Shown: positions 19,662 through 29,120 of the stretch, one piece after another
Layout: each line of letters opens with the position of its first letter
Position numbering within the stretch: position 1 is the stretch's first letter
DNA from: Pseudomonadota bacterium
Lineage (GTDB): Bacteria > Desulfobacterota > Binatia > Binatales > Binataceae
Direction of reading: 5' to 3'
NCBI GenBank assembly: GCA_021323945.1
Contig: JAJPKA010000018.1
Location: 162,853-226,852, forward strand
Length of the DNA: 64,000 nucleotides
The notes under the pieces: model-generated
Told to the model about the DNA's origin: nothing
The model's database searches: none
Seen by the model: only the letters and a program-made list of their open reading frames with translations
Position numbers and translations under genes: made by a program

Positions 19662-21253
19662 ATCCCAGCCTCCAGCATTTTGATCAGCTGTCCGCGATCA
19701 ATTTTGCCGCTTCCGTTTAGAGGCCAGCAATCAATCAGGTGTATCCTGCGGGGCACGGCATAACGTGGCAGTCTGGCCTTAAGCCGCTCGCGAAGCGTAT
19801 CAACGTCGACGGCGGTCGAAGTGAGAAATGCTTCAACACTCGCCGCGCCATTGGTGCGCAAGGGCCAGCCGACCGCAACGGCGACGTCCACGCCGGCTTC
19901 GTCTCTGAGAACTGCTTCAATCTCCTGCAATTCAACCCGATAACCTTGTACCTTGATTTGATGGTCGAGGCGCCCGCGGAATTGCAAAGGACTGTCGGAA
20001 CTGTTCTGGCAAACCCGGTCTCCGGTCCGATAATAAATTGATTGCTTCCCGGGTGGGATAACGAATGATTGCGCGGTTTTCTCCGGATCGCGCCAGTAAC
20101 CCAGTGAGACTTGGGGTCCGGAGACGAGCAGTTCACCCTCCTGGCCGTAGGGCACTTCACGCAAATCATCATCGACAATCAGCGTTTTCATGCCAGGAAG
20201 AGGAGCGCCAATTGGCACTATATTGCGCTCAGACTCGGAGGGAGAGCGGTCGTTGTCCCATCTATAAGCCGTACACGCAATGGTCGCTTCAGTGGGCCCG
20301 TAAAGATTTTCGAGCGTGCTCGAGGGAGCGGCCGCGGACCAGGCCACGGCCAGCTCCACCGGTAAGGCCTCGCCGCAGAACAGGCTCCAGCGCAGCGAGG
20401 GAAAAGCCGCCGGCTTTAACGCTCCGAGTTGCTTCATCATCAAGGCAACTGAAGGTACCGAGAACCAGACGGTCAGGGTTGCATCGCGGATAAAATGAGC
20501 CGGGTTTAACAAAGCCTTGCGGCTAGGGCAGCAAACGCATGCACCTCTTTCCCAGGCGACGAACATGTCGAACACGGACAGGTCGAACGTCAAGTCAAAC
20601 GTCTGCGAGAATCGATCGAATTGATTGATTGCGTAACGCTCGGCAGCTGTCCGCACAAAATGAACGACGTTGTTGTGGGAGACGGCGACAGCTTTCGGCT
20701 CTCCGGTTGAACCTGAGGTGAACAACAGATAGGCGAGTGCCTCGGGCGAAGATCCAACCGGAAGACTGGCGCTGCAGGAACTCAGGCTATCTTTACCGAC
20801 AAACACGTGCTGAGGCCACTGACTGACGTATCGGCTGACATCGGCACACTCGGGCATAAGAACAACAATGGGCGCGGTCAAGCCTTCCAACACCTGCCCG
20901 AGTTGAGTCTGCGCGACCTGATCAACGATGATTGAACGGCATTCCGAGCGGCGCAGCATCAGGTTAGTTCGCCCCGGCGGAAAAGCGGGGTTCAGTGGAA
21001 CGTAGCCATGACCTGCCATCAGGCTTCCAAGAACGCCGGCAAATCCGGTTATGGAGCGATCGGCGAAAATCGCGGTCAGTCGCGGTTCAGTGGGCGGCAG
21101 GTTCTCCAACAAGGTCGCCCCAAAGCTTCTCGCAATATTGTAAAGCGCCTGATAGGTGAGGCGCGCCCCGCCGGCTTCGATCGCAACCCGGTCGGGATAA
21201 TGCTCAACCGAGCTCAAGAAACCACCGAGGAGTGAGCGCGTGAGACAGGGCAT
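19658..21253 (-). CDS. Stand-alone NRPS-type adenylation enzyme (amino-acid--carrier-protein ligase, DltA-like)
   Basis: A-domain core motifs seen in sequence: LFTSGSTGEPKAV (A3), YGPTE (A5), GELLVSGPQVSLGYW (A6), YRTGD (A7), GRLDHQIKVQGYRVELQEIE (A8), LPRYAVP (A9), NGSGKIDR (A10). Confidence 0.85.
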   Translation of the reverse strand: MPCLTRSLLGGFLSSVEHYPDRVAIEAGGARLTYQALYNIARSFGATLLENLPPTEPRLTAIFADRSITGFAGVLGSLMAGHGYVPLNPAFPPGRTNLMLRRSECRSIIVDQVAQTQLGQVLEGLTAPIVVLMPECADVSRYVSQWPQHVFVGKDSLSSCSASLPVGSSPEALAYLLFTSGSTGEPKAVAVSHNNVVHFVRTAAERYAINQFDRFSQTFDLTFDLSVFDMFVAWERGACVCCPSRKALLNPAHFIRDATLTVWFSVPSVALMMKQLGALKPAAFPSLRWSLFCGEALPVELAVAWSAAAPSSTLENLYGPTEATIACTAYRWDNDRSPSESERNIVPIGAPLPGMKTLIVDDDLREVPYGQEGELLVSGPQVSLGYWRDPEKTAQSFVIPPGKQSIYYRTGDRVCQNSSDSPLQFRGRLDHQIKVQGYRVELQEIEAVLRDEAGVDVAVAVGWPLRTNGAASVEAFLTSTAVDVDTLRERLKARLPRYAVPRRIHLIDCWPLNGSGKIDRGQLIKMLEAGI

Positions 21254-21335
21254 TAGCGTGATTACTCCGCAAACAGGCGTAAGCGATTCGACGGTGCTAA
21301 ACGAACCAACACTGGCCAGTTCGCCAACGATCTAT

Positions 21336-22397
21336 TCAATCGATGAGGCACGACCTGGCCTTTTCGAGGTACTTGGCCTTGGCCAGCGCAAACGTCTCCG
21401 CTGCCTCTTGCAGATCGGACGGCTGCAAGGGAATGTCTAGGATATAAGTGCTGAACCCAGCCATCATGTATTTTGCCAACTCATCCGCAACCTCATCTCG
21501 GCTGCCGACTAGATACGGGCAGAAGGTATTGTAGTTCTTGAATGGCCACAACCAGTAGAGCCCGTGGTGAGTTTCGCCGCCGGTTGAAATGTCGGATAGC
21601 TGTTTATGCCACTGCGAATCAGAAACTTTCATCGCGAGCATATGCTTCAGTTGACCCGCGCGATCGCCCGGAAAGCGACTATGGGCGGTTTCCCATGCCT
21701 GCTCCGAGGTTTGTGCCGTAATCAGGCCAACCCGAATGCCGCAATTCTTGCGAGGCTCGATGTTGTCGTCGCTATTTTTCGGTTGCGGATACTCTACCGC
21801 AATCGCACCAATTGAATGGGCGGCCTCACGGCCCGCCTCAGATGAACCTGAGATTAACAAACGGGGAAAGAGTTCGGCCGGTAAGCTTGGTTTCAAAACC
21901 AAATTCTTTACCTGGTAATAGTGTCCGGAAAATGAAAAGGGGCGATTCTGCGCCAGTAGACCCTTGATTATTAGGGTATACTCAATCAGTCGGCTGTATC
22001 GTTGGTCATGTGGGGTCTGATCGCATAACGCTAGCAAGTCATTGCGGAAGCCGCCGGCGATCATGTTGAGCGAAATCCGTCGGCCATATAAATATGACAG
22101 AGAAGCGACCATCTTCGCTGCGGCAAAGGGATGCATGTAGACTGGCTGAACCGCTACTAACGGCGAGAGTTTCTCAGTCTGCTCAATCACCAACTGAGCC
22201 GCGAGCCAGGGATCTACCAGCGAATTATCAGAATAAATCAGAATACCGGCACACCCCGCTTCTTCACTCCAGCGTGCTACCTCGGTCAACCGACGGCTAA
22301 AGGACTGCGGTGTATGGTCGGCTGACTGGGGAGCGGTCGAGAACAGTTCAACAGACAAGGCATCCGCCCGCCGGGTACACACTTCACCATATACCAT
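21336..22397 (-). CDS. Luciferase-like monooxygenase (LLM class flavin-dependent oxidoreductase)
   Basis: 353 aa with a TIM-barrel LLM pattern (AGILIYSDNSLVDPW, SLNMIAGG, YLVGSRDEVADEL). First gene of the co-directional cassette. Confidence 0.8.
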   Translation of the reverse strand: MVYGEVCTRRADALSVELFSTAPQSADHTPQSFSRRLTEVARWSEEAGCAGILIYSDNSLVDPWLAAQLVIEQTEKLSPLVAVQPVYMHPFAAAKMVASLSYLYGRRISLNMIAGGFRNDLLALCDQTPHDQRYSRLIEYTLIIKGLLAQNRPFSFSGHYYQVKNLVLKPSLPAELFPRLLISGSSEAGREAAHSIGAIAVEYPQPKNSDDNIEPRKNCGIRVGLITAQTSEQAWETAHSRFPGDRAGQLKHMLAMKVSDSQWHKQLSDISTGGETHHGLYWLWPFKNYNTFCPYLVGSRDEVADELAKYMMAGFSTYILDIPLQPSDLQEAAETFALAKAKYLEKARSCLID

Positions 22398-22762
22398 AGC
22401 ATGTCATCCCTGCCGGATCCGAATGTCATCAGTAAAGTAAAGCCTGTTCAGTAGGTTGAAGATGCCATTAGTTCTCAACAGCCCAAAGAAGGCCTCGGCA
22501 GCTCGCCACTCACCGATACAAGGATATTAAGAACAGGACTCAGGTAAATTGCCAAGTCTAAGGGGAATTTTCCTCAATTACTTAACCGTTGCACGTAAGA
22601 GAAGCAAAAAGTGAACCGTTATAGCTTCGAAAGATCGCGGCCAGAAATTCTCATTAGCTAGCGAGGAGCACATGCTCCATCCCTGCCCGGATGTAGTTTT
22701 TTTTACAGACCCAGCCCCGCAACTATTTGAACCGCCTTTATGTCCCGCGGCCAGCCTTATAT

Positions 22763-23659
22763 TCAGAAGTGGCTAGGTTCCCGCTCCCGACGATTATCCC
22801 GTTCTAGTTGAACGGTCATGTGCCGGATGTTGAACTTGTGTTCAAGCAGAGCAGAAATATCGGAGAGGACGCGATCTTGGTCCGCGTCTTCTGCCACGAC
22901 TGCGTGCGCTGAAAGAGCGAATTGATGGCTGGTCAGACACCAGACATGCAAATCGTGCAGCTCCCTGGTACCGCTGATCTTCAGCAGATCTTTCTTGAGC
23001 TCATCGAGATTGACGCCCGCCGGGACCGATTCCATCAGGATATCCACGCCCTCGCGGATCAGCCCCCAGGAGCCAAAAATTATCAGACAACCGATGAACA
23101 AACTTACAGCCGAGTCTGCTCGTCGCCAGCCGAGGTAGGTGAGCGCCCCCGCGATTAGGACCCCAGCCGAACCTACGAGGTCGGCCAGCGCATGTGTCAT
23201 GATCGCCCGCAGAGCGATCCCGCGCGCCGAGCGGCGAGGTCCGAGCGTTATCCACACGAGGAGAAAATTCATGAGGATTCCGATCCCCGCAATTATCATT
23301 AGGGGCAAACCATTTAGTACTGGTGGGTTGCGCAACCGCTGAACTGCCTCAAGCCACAGGAATGCGACCAGAACCCAAAGAATTAATCCGTTGAAGACTG
23401 CCCCGAGAATTTCTGCGCGAACGTAGCCGTAGGTTTTGCCGGCGCTAGCAGGCCGCGACGAAATCCACAGCGTGAACAGAGCAAGGCACACCGTCGCAAT
23501 GTCGGTCAGCATATGGAGGGCGTCGCTCAACAGAGCCAGACTGTCGATCAACCAGCCGGTGGTCAGCTCCGCGACAAAATAGAGCACGGTAATCGCCAAG
23601 ACGACCTGTAGTCGCCATCGCTGTTCGTTGTGGAGATAATGCGAACGAATCGATTCCAA
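22763..23659 (-). CDS. Cation diffusion facilitator family transporter (CzcD/ZitB-like)
   Basis: Six TM helices. HMLTDIATVCLALF and LGAVFNGLILWVL match the CDF signature, and the C-terminal cytoplasmic domain is present. Confidence 0.85.
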   Translation of the reverse strand: MESIRSHYLHNEQRWRLQVVLAITVLYFVAELTTGWLIDSLALLSDALHMLTDIATVCLALFTLWISSRPASAGKTYGYVRAEILGAVFNGLILWVLVAFLWLEAVQRLRNPPVLNGLPLMIIAGIGILMNFLLVWITLGPRRSARGIALRAIMTHALADLVGSAGVLIAGALTYLGWRRADSAVSLFIGCLIIFGSWGLIREGVDILMESVPAGVNLDELKKDLLKISGTRELHDLHVWCLTSHQFALSAHAVVAEDADQDRVLSDISALLEHKFNIRHMTVQLERDNRREREPSHF

Positions 23660-23743
23660 ATGGCTATTCGACCGGGATACCTAGAGCAAATTAATCTGCA
23701 CGGTCAAGTCGCCCTTCTACAAGCCGACATGCGTGGGGCAGGT

Positions 23744-24265
23744 TCAGTCGTATTCAACCAGTGAAGAGCAAACGATAGGCTCAAGCCTTTGCCGACCGCC
23801 TAAGGCCTTGAGTTCGATTACAAACGCGCAGCCAGCCACTTCGCCCCCCAATTTCTGTACGAGCCTCACGGCTGCCAAAGCAGTTCCCCCAGTCGCCAGA
23901 AGGTCATCGACCACCAAAACTCGCGAACGCCCTGCGAGTCCGTCCTGATGCACATGAAGAGCGGCCGTGCCATATTCAAGCTCGTAGCTCTCCGCGATAG
24001 TTTGGTAGGGCAGTTTGCCGGGCTTGCGGGCGATGGTTAACCCGACGCCTAAGCGGTAAGCCACCGGCGCGCCAATTATAAATCCTCGCGACTCAATTCC
24101 GAGCACCTGGTCGACTTTGCCGAGCCAGGGTTCCGCGATCTGGTCGACGACTGCCGCCAATCCACGCGGATCACTGATAAGAGGCGTGATGTCACGGAAG
24201 AGGATTCCCGGCTGAGGAAAATCCGGGATATCACGAATCATTTGTTTCATTTCATCAGGAGTCAT
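23744..24265 (-). CDS. apt: Adenine phosphoribosyltransferase
   Basis: PDFPQPGILFRDITPL...VLVVDDLLATGGTALAAV (PRPP-binding motif). Start at the internal ATG (MTPDEMK). Confidence 0.85.
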   Translation of the reverse strand: MTPDEMKQMIRDIPDFPQPGILFRDITPLISDPRGLAAVVDQIAEPWLGKVDQVLGIESRGFIIGAPVAYRLGVGLTIARKPGKLPYQTIAESYELEYGTAALHVHQDGLAGRSRVLVVDDLLATGGTALAAVRLVQKLGGEVAGCAFVIELKALGGRQRLEPIVCSSLVEYD

Positions 24266-24446
24266 CGTGACCTCCCACAATCAACTTCCCGAGCCTGCCT
24301 GGTGCCGGGTGTGCTCGATCGCACGAGCTTCTCTCGGCCAACCAACATATCATATCTCATGCATTGACTTGCTCGACGATTCGTCCGTCTTGAGTGGCTA
24401 GCGGGATAAAACCTTACGAGAACAAAGCGGTATGACCAGTGCAGCA

Positions 24447-25199
24447 CTACCACCCGCTGTTGCGGGCGAATTTGACGGTGCCATCGGTCTGCAACGGTGG
24501 CAGGAATGACAAGGGATCCTGAGGTTGGCCATGATAGCGAACCTCGAAGTGAAGATTCGGACCGGTAGTCCGGCCAGTAGCGCCGAGTTCCGCAATTGCC
24601 TGACCTCGCATCACATAGGCGCCACTAGACACAAGGTTACGGCGATTGTGGCCGTACACCGTGACGTAACCGTTTAGATGGCGTAATATTATGGCGTTGC
24701 CGTATCCGCGTAGTCGCCCCGAAAAAATCACAGTGCCTTCGGCGGCCGCATGGACGGGCGTTCCCGCTCCGGCCGCAATGTCGATCCCGTCATGCATTAC
24801 GCCATTGCGCATGCCGAACGGCGAAGACACGTAACCCACATCAACGGGCCACGCGAACAGTCGCCCGGTTCCCGGCAGGAACGGAACGCGTGAGTAGGTC
24901 AAAGGTCGATCGATTGCTGGGCTGGTCGGCACTACCAATACCTCGCCCGCCAGCAACTCCCTAGCATCGGTCAGCCCGTTAGCTTCCATAAGACTTCTGG
25001 CCGTCACTCCGTATGCGTGTGCTATACGATAAATGGTTTCACCGGGCAGGACTCGATGGGTCAGCGGGGAAGCTGGCCGGAAGGGTGACGAGTTGAGCCG
25101 CGGAGTCGGGCTTGCACAGCCCACGATTACGGCAGCCGCAAGCGCCGGCCACGGGACACTCGCAAAGATTCTCCGACCCCGTTCGAACTGCGTAGCCAC
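24447..25199 (-). CDS. LysM domain-containing M23 family metallopeptidase (NlpD-like)
   Basis: LysM: GETIYRIAHAYGVTARSLMEANGL. M23: HDGIDIAAGAGTPVHAAAEGTVIFSG...YGNAIILRH...YGHN. Confidence 0.8.
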   Translation of the reverse strand: MATQFERGRRIFASVPWPALAAAVIVGCASPTPRLNSSPFRPASPLTHRVLPGETIYRIAHAYGVTARSLMEANGLTDARELLAGEVLVVPTSPAIDRPLTYSRVPFLPGTGRLFAWPVDVGYVSSPFGMRNGVMHDGIDIAAGAGTPVHAAAEGTVIFSGRLRGYGNAIILRHLNGYVTVYGHNRRNLVSSGAYVMRGQAIAELGATGRTTGPNLHFEVRYHGQPQDPLSFLPPLQTDGTVKFARNSGW

Positions 25200-25254
25200 C
25201 CCACCTCCACACCACCTCGAGCACCGTGGTTAGCGCTAAGGCTCAACGCAGGTA

Positions 25255-25905
25255 TCAAAACCCGTGTTTACCAGTCATCTTGACGAAACGACATTCACCA
25301 AAATACTGTTCCTGCCACGAACCGTTAATGTTCTGCAGGCGAACAAGCGTTTGTAAATCCTCTTCGCCAATCGGCGCGATCAATTTGCCGCCCGGACTGA
25401 GTTGATCAACTAATGGGCGTGCTATCCCGGGCATGGCAGCAGTGACAAGGATTACATCGAATGGCGCTGCTTCGGGCCAGCCTTCAGAACCATCACCACA
25501 ACGGAGGTGAACATTACGCACCCCGATGGTGTCGAGCGCGCGCCGAGCTCGCTCGAGCAACTCAGGAATTACCTCCATCGAGTAAACCTCTGCTGCCAGC
25601 TGCGAGAGCACGGCTGTCTGGTAGCCTGAACCGGTGCCGATTTCGAGGACGCGCTCGCTGCCTTTGAGTTCGGCTACCTCAGTCATTAAGGCAACAATAT
25701 ATGGTTGAGAAATTGTTTGCGAGGAACCAATTGGTAGCGGTCCATCATCGTAAGCATGGTCGACGTATTCGGGCGGGATGAATCGGTCGCGCTCGACTGT
25801 GCGCATGGCCGCCAGCACACGCGGATCTTTAATGCCGCGCCGTTCAAGCTGTTCGACTACCATCCGCTCGCGTGCCTGATTAAGGTCCAATCGCAAACGC
25901 CCCAT
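25255..25905 (-). CDS. pcm: Protein-L-isoaspartate O-methyltransferase
   Basis: RDRFIPPEY...QTISQPYIVALMTE...VLEIGTGSGYQTAVL are canonical PCMT motifs. Confidence 0.85.
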   Translation of the reverse strand: MGRLRLDLNQARERMVVEQLERRGIKDPRVLAAMRTVERDRFIPPEYVDHAYDDGPLPIGSSQTISQPYIVALMTEVAELKGSERVLEIGTGSGYQTAVLSQLAAEVYSMEVIPELLERARRALDTIGVRNVHLRCGDGSEGWPEAAPFDVILVTAAMPGIARPLVDQLSPGGKLIAPIGEEDLQTLVRLQNINGSWQEQYFGECRFVKMTGKHGF

Positions 25906-25965
25906 GCCCTCGAGCTACTTTAATTATAGCCTTGTCGCTACGACCTCGGTAGGTACTACCGACCC

Positions 25966-27402
25966 TCAATCCGGAAGACCTTCGAGCACGCGTTCCATTT
26001 CGATTCCGCGCGAGCCCTTCACCAGCAACACGTCACCCGCGCGCACGATAGTGCCCGCTAGGAGGGCTGCTGCGGTCGTATCACGTGCGAGGTGAACTCG
26101 GGTGAGCGAAGGGCCGAGGGAGAGCCGATTAACCGCGGCTGTAAACTCGTGGCCGACGGCGATGAATTCTTCGGGTCGTGCATCCAGCACCTCCCGGACG
26201 GCGGCCTCATGCATCGCTGGGGCGAGCTCCCCCAACTCGAGCATATCTCCCAGCGCTACGACGAGACGAGCACGCAGCAGGTCGGCAGTCTCACGCGCCG
26301 CCCGAAGCGCCGCACGCACCGAACGTGGGTTGGCGTTGTAACTGTCGTCGATCACCAAAATCCCGTTTCGATCGTAGACGGATAGTCGCCCCGTCTCTCC
26401 ATGGGCCGAAGCCAACGCCCTGCTGATTGTCGCCATCTGATCCGTCCCGAAAGGCTGAGCCCACGCCGCGGAAGCGGCGGCTATGGCGGCAGCGACATTC
26501 TCAGCGATGGGTTCCCCGATTAGATTTAGCGTTGTCCGGATTCTTGGCGAAATGGTAGGTTCGACCATCCAAGACGCCAGTCCCAATTCAATCTGTTGTT
26601 GACTCGGCCCGATTGGGGCGCGAGACAGGACTTGCACATCAGCGCCAATCCGAGCGCCGAAGGTCGTTAACCGCAACCCTGCGGGCACTCGGGCCATCAG
26701 CAATGGTTCTGAGACCGAAACCACTGCGCACCGGGCGTTACGAAACAGCCCGGCTTCTTCGTCGGCGACGCCGGACAGTGAACCCAGACCCGCTGTATGC
26801 TCAATGTCCACGTTCAGCACCACAGCGATATCCGGTCTCACAATCTCACCGAGCCGTTCGATCTCCCCGCGCTGATTCGTGCCGCACTCAAGCACTGCAG
26901 CGCGATGACGACCTGTCAGTGTCAGCACTGTCATGGGCACGCCGATGAGATTATTTAGATTCCCTGGGGTAGCCAGCACTTCACCGAAAAGGGCGCGCAT
27001 TACCGCTGCGGTAAGCTGCTTGGTTGTGGTCTTGCCAGCCGCGCCACCGATAGCGACTACAGGCAGGGAAGAGACCGCGCGAATGCGCTCGAGATGGTAA
27101 CGCGCGAGTGCCCCTAAAGCCGCCAGCGTGTCGTGGACCTCAAAGCAGGGTAAGGTCGGGTGACGCCGCCCCCGCTCAACCAAGGCGGCCGCTGCTCCTC
27201 TTGCTGCGGCGGCATCAAGAAACTCGTGGCCATCGCGAACGCCGCGGAGGGCCACGAAGAGCGAACCGGGTGCAATCGTCCGCGTGTCGATGCTGACTGC
27301 CTGGACGCGCACGCCACCCGTGTGGGAAAAGCTCGCGCCAGTTGCGCGCAGAATCTCGGCGCTCTCAAAAGCGCACTCATTCACTGGGATGGCTGTCTGC
27401 AT
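25966..27402 (-). CDS. murF: UDP-N-acetylmuramoyl-tripeptide--D-alanyl-D-alanine ligase
   Basis: Mur ligase layout with the GGAAGKTTTKQL P-loop, central domain and C-terminal domain. N-terminus MQTAIPVNECAFESAEILRATGA is typical of MurF. Confidence 0.85.
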   Translation of the reverse strand: MQTAIPVNECAFESAEILRATGASFSHTGGVRVQAVSIDTRTIAPGSLFVALRGVRDGHEFLDAAAARGAAAALVERGRRHPTLPCFEVHDTLAALGALARYHLERIRAVSSLPVVAIGGAAGKTTTKQLTAAVMRALFGEVLATPGNLNNLIGVPMTVLTLTGRHRAAVLECGTNQRGEIERLGEIVRPDIAVVLNVDIEHTAGLGSLSGVADEEAGLFRNARCAVVSVSEPLLMARVPAGLRLTTFGARIGADVQVLSRAPIGPSQQQIELGLASWMVEPTISPRIRTTLNLIGEPIAENVAAAIAAASAAWAQPFGTDQMATISRALASAHGETGRLSVYDRNGILVIDDSYNANPRSVRAALRAARETADLLRARLVVALGDMLELGELAPAMHEAAVREVLDARPEEFIAVGHEFTAAVNRLSLGPSLTRVHLARDTTAAALLAGTIVRAGDVLLVKGSRGIEMERVLEGLPD

Positions 27403-27622
27403 TGGCCGCTTCCTGACAGAACTAAGAGGTGACCTGCGTTGCGGTTGAGGGTAGCAAAATGCAACTGGGGGCAGCGTTTTGCGCGCGGTTAAACCCGCTG
27501 TTGACTGGGAGCTTTTCCTGCCTATCGACCAGCCGGCTTGACTCGAATAGAGTGAATAACCGCATCCAAATCCGTGATATTGAATCCTACATCTTCAATT
27601 CTACCAAGCTTGCCGGAGGCAT

Positions 27623-28120
27623 GTGGCTATGGCTGTGGAAAATCCTCTCGTTGCTATCGTCATGGGCAGTAAGAGCGACTGGGAATATATGGCCGCCGGT
27701 GCAGAGGTTTTGGATCAGCTTCAGGTCTCGCATGAAGTTAGGGTGTTATCAGCGCATCGCACACCGGAGCAAACTCTTGACTATGCATCGGCGGCTGCTG
27801 GCCGTGGGTTGAAGGCAATCATTGCTGGCGCCGGGGGCGCCGCGCATCTCGCAGGAGTAATCGCTGCCAAAACCGTGTTACCGGTGATTGGTGTGCCGAT
27901 CCCGTCCACCACACTCAACGGACTCGATTCGCTACTCTCAATTGTCCAGATGCCCAAGGGGGTGCCAGTCGCTACGATGGCCATTGGAAAAGCCGGGGCG
28001 GCCAACGCGGCGCTGTTCGCCGCTGCGATTCTTGCGCTCGATGATGCTCAATTGGGCCAACGACTGCGAGAATGGCGTGCCGTGCGTGCGCGAGAGGTGC
28101 TCGAGGCAAAACTCCCATGA
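27623..28120 (+). CDS. purE: 5-(carboxyamino)imidazole ribonucleotide mutase
   Basis: LVAIVMGSKSDWEYM...AIIAGAGGAAHLAGVIAAKTVLPVIGVP is the PurE signature. Confidence 0.9.
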   Translation: MAMAVENPLVAIVMGSKSDWEYMAAGAEVLDQLQVSHEVRVLSAHRTPEQTLDYASAAAGRGLKAIIAGAGGAAHLAGVIAAKTVLPVIGVPIPSTTLNGLDSLLSIVQMPKGVPVATMAIGKAGAANAALFAAAILALDDAQLGQRLREWRAVRAREVLEAKLP

Positions 28121-28157
28121 GCGAATTAACCCCGTTTGAATCGATAGGTATCGTTGT

Positions 28158-29039
28158 ATGGCACGGTGGTTTGCACTTGAGGAGCCGGCTGCCCTGAAGC
28201 GAGGTCGATCCATACGTGGAGTGGAATGCCGTTGGCTTGGTTGGTGCAGGCAAGAATTTTTGGGCGTGGCAATATTGACGTTGGTCGTGGCGCCGGCCTC
28301 TGCTCTAGGATTTGAGATTAGGCAAGCCGGCAAGCTTCAGGTCTCACCGAAAGCCCAACTGTTCGCGTTTTCGACTGACCCCATAATCCAAGAGGTGTTG
28401 AGCCAGGATTTTCAAGCTGCCTCACGGAGCTCGATCGTTGGAGCGGCCTCGACCGTGACCGTTTCAGTCAACGTGACCCAACAGGTCCTGCGGCCGGGGA
28501 TTTCGCTCGCCCAAATCGCTCCCGGCGATCCCCAGGTCGCGGATCTGATAAAAGCAGCCGGAGCCAACCCGCCGCCACTGGGTGATACTGGGACCGAATA
28601 CGATCAGGCGGCTCTGGCGCGCAGATTAGCCGCCCGTGACTATATGCCCGAGAACACCATAAGTGACCGCCTGATTAATTCAAGTGCCGGTCCAGAACCT
28701 TACTTCCCTGGCATCGGTCCTCCAATTCCCCTGCCTTGCAGCGCCCAGACGGTTGCGCGACCGGGATGTCCACCGGTGCCGCAAAGCACCGTATCAGCCA
28801 CAACGACCCCCGGTCGCTCAGTTGGCGACATTGACCAATATCTGGCACGCAGAAGCCACGACCGCAATTGGTTTGGGGTTCCAGACAGTAACGACTACGA
28901 TACAATTATAGTCGCGCGGGCGTCTGCAACCGGATCGGCCGAGGAGATGACCCTGGTTGCAGTGGCTCATCCTGGCGAAGACATCGTGATGACAAAGAAA
29001 AACATCGCAGAGCGAATAGCCAGTAGTGTACTCAATTAA
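28158..29039 (+). CDS. Hypothetical secreted/membrane-anchored protein
   Basis: Hydrophobic segment FLGVAILTLVVAPASALG near the N-terminus and a Pro-rich middle region. No domain recognised; start codon uncertain. Confidence 0.4.
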   Translation: MARWFALEEPAALKRGRSIRGVECRWLGWCRQEFLGVAILTLVVAPASALGFEIRQAGKLQVSPKAQLFAFSTDPIIQEVLSQDFQAASRSSIVGAASTVTVSVNVTQQVLRPGISLAQIAPGDPQVADLIKAAGANPPPLGDTGTEYDQAALARRLAARDYMPENTISDRLINSSAGPEPYFPGIGPPIPLPCSAQTVARPGCPPVPQSTVSATTTPGRSVGDIDQYLARRSHDRNWFGVPDSNDYDTIIVARASATGSAEEMTLVAVAHPGEDIVMTKKNIAERIASSVLN

Positions 29040-29120
29040 GTTATCCCAGACATGCTGCTGGACGACAGCGCGTTAATCATGGCGAGCAAACTGACCCAGT
29101 CAGTTCAGTATGGATCCACA

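Noticed and set aside
22672-22773. 33-aa plus-strand ORF with a strong GAGGAG-N3-ATG inside the cassette leader
   Set aside because: The apparent SD is one arm of the ggagca/tgctcc palindrome. The peptide (MLHPCPDVVFFTD...) has no features, and the ORF runs into the CDF gene on the opposite strand. It is better explained as structure than as a gene.
27403-27622. Possible ZTP (pfl) or other purine riboswitch upstream of purE, because of a GACTGG-containing stretch
   Set aside because: The conserved 3' pseudoknot half (CCGCCTGGGCA-like) and the full 5' consensus are absent. The region is more simply a divergent murF/purE promoter.
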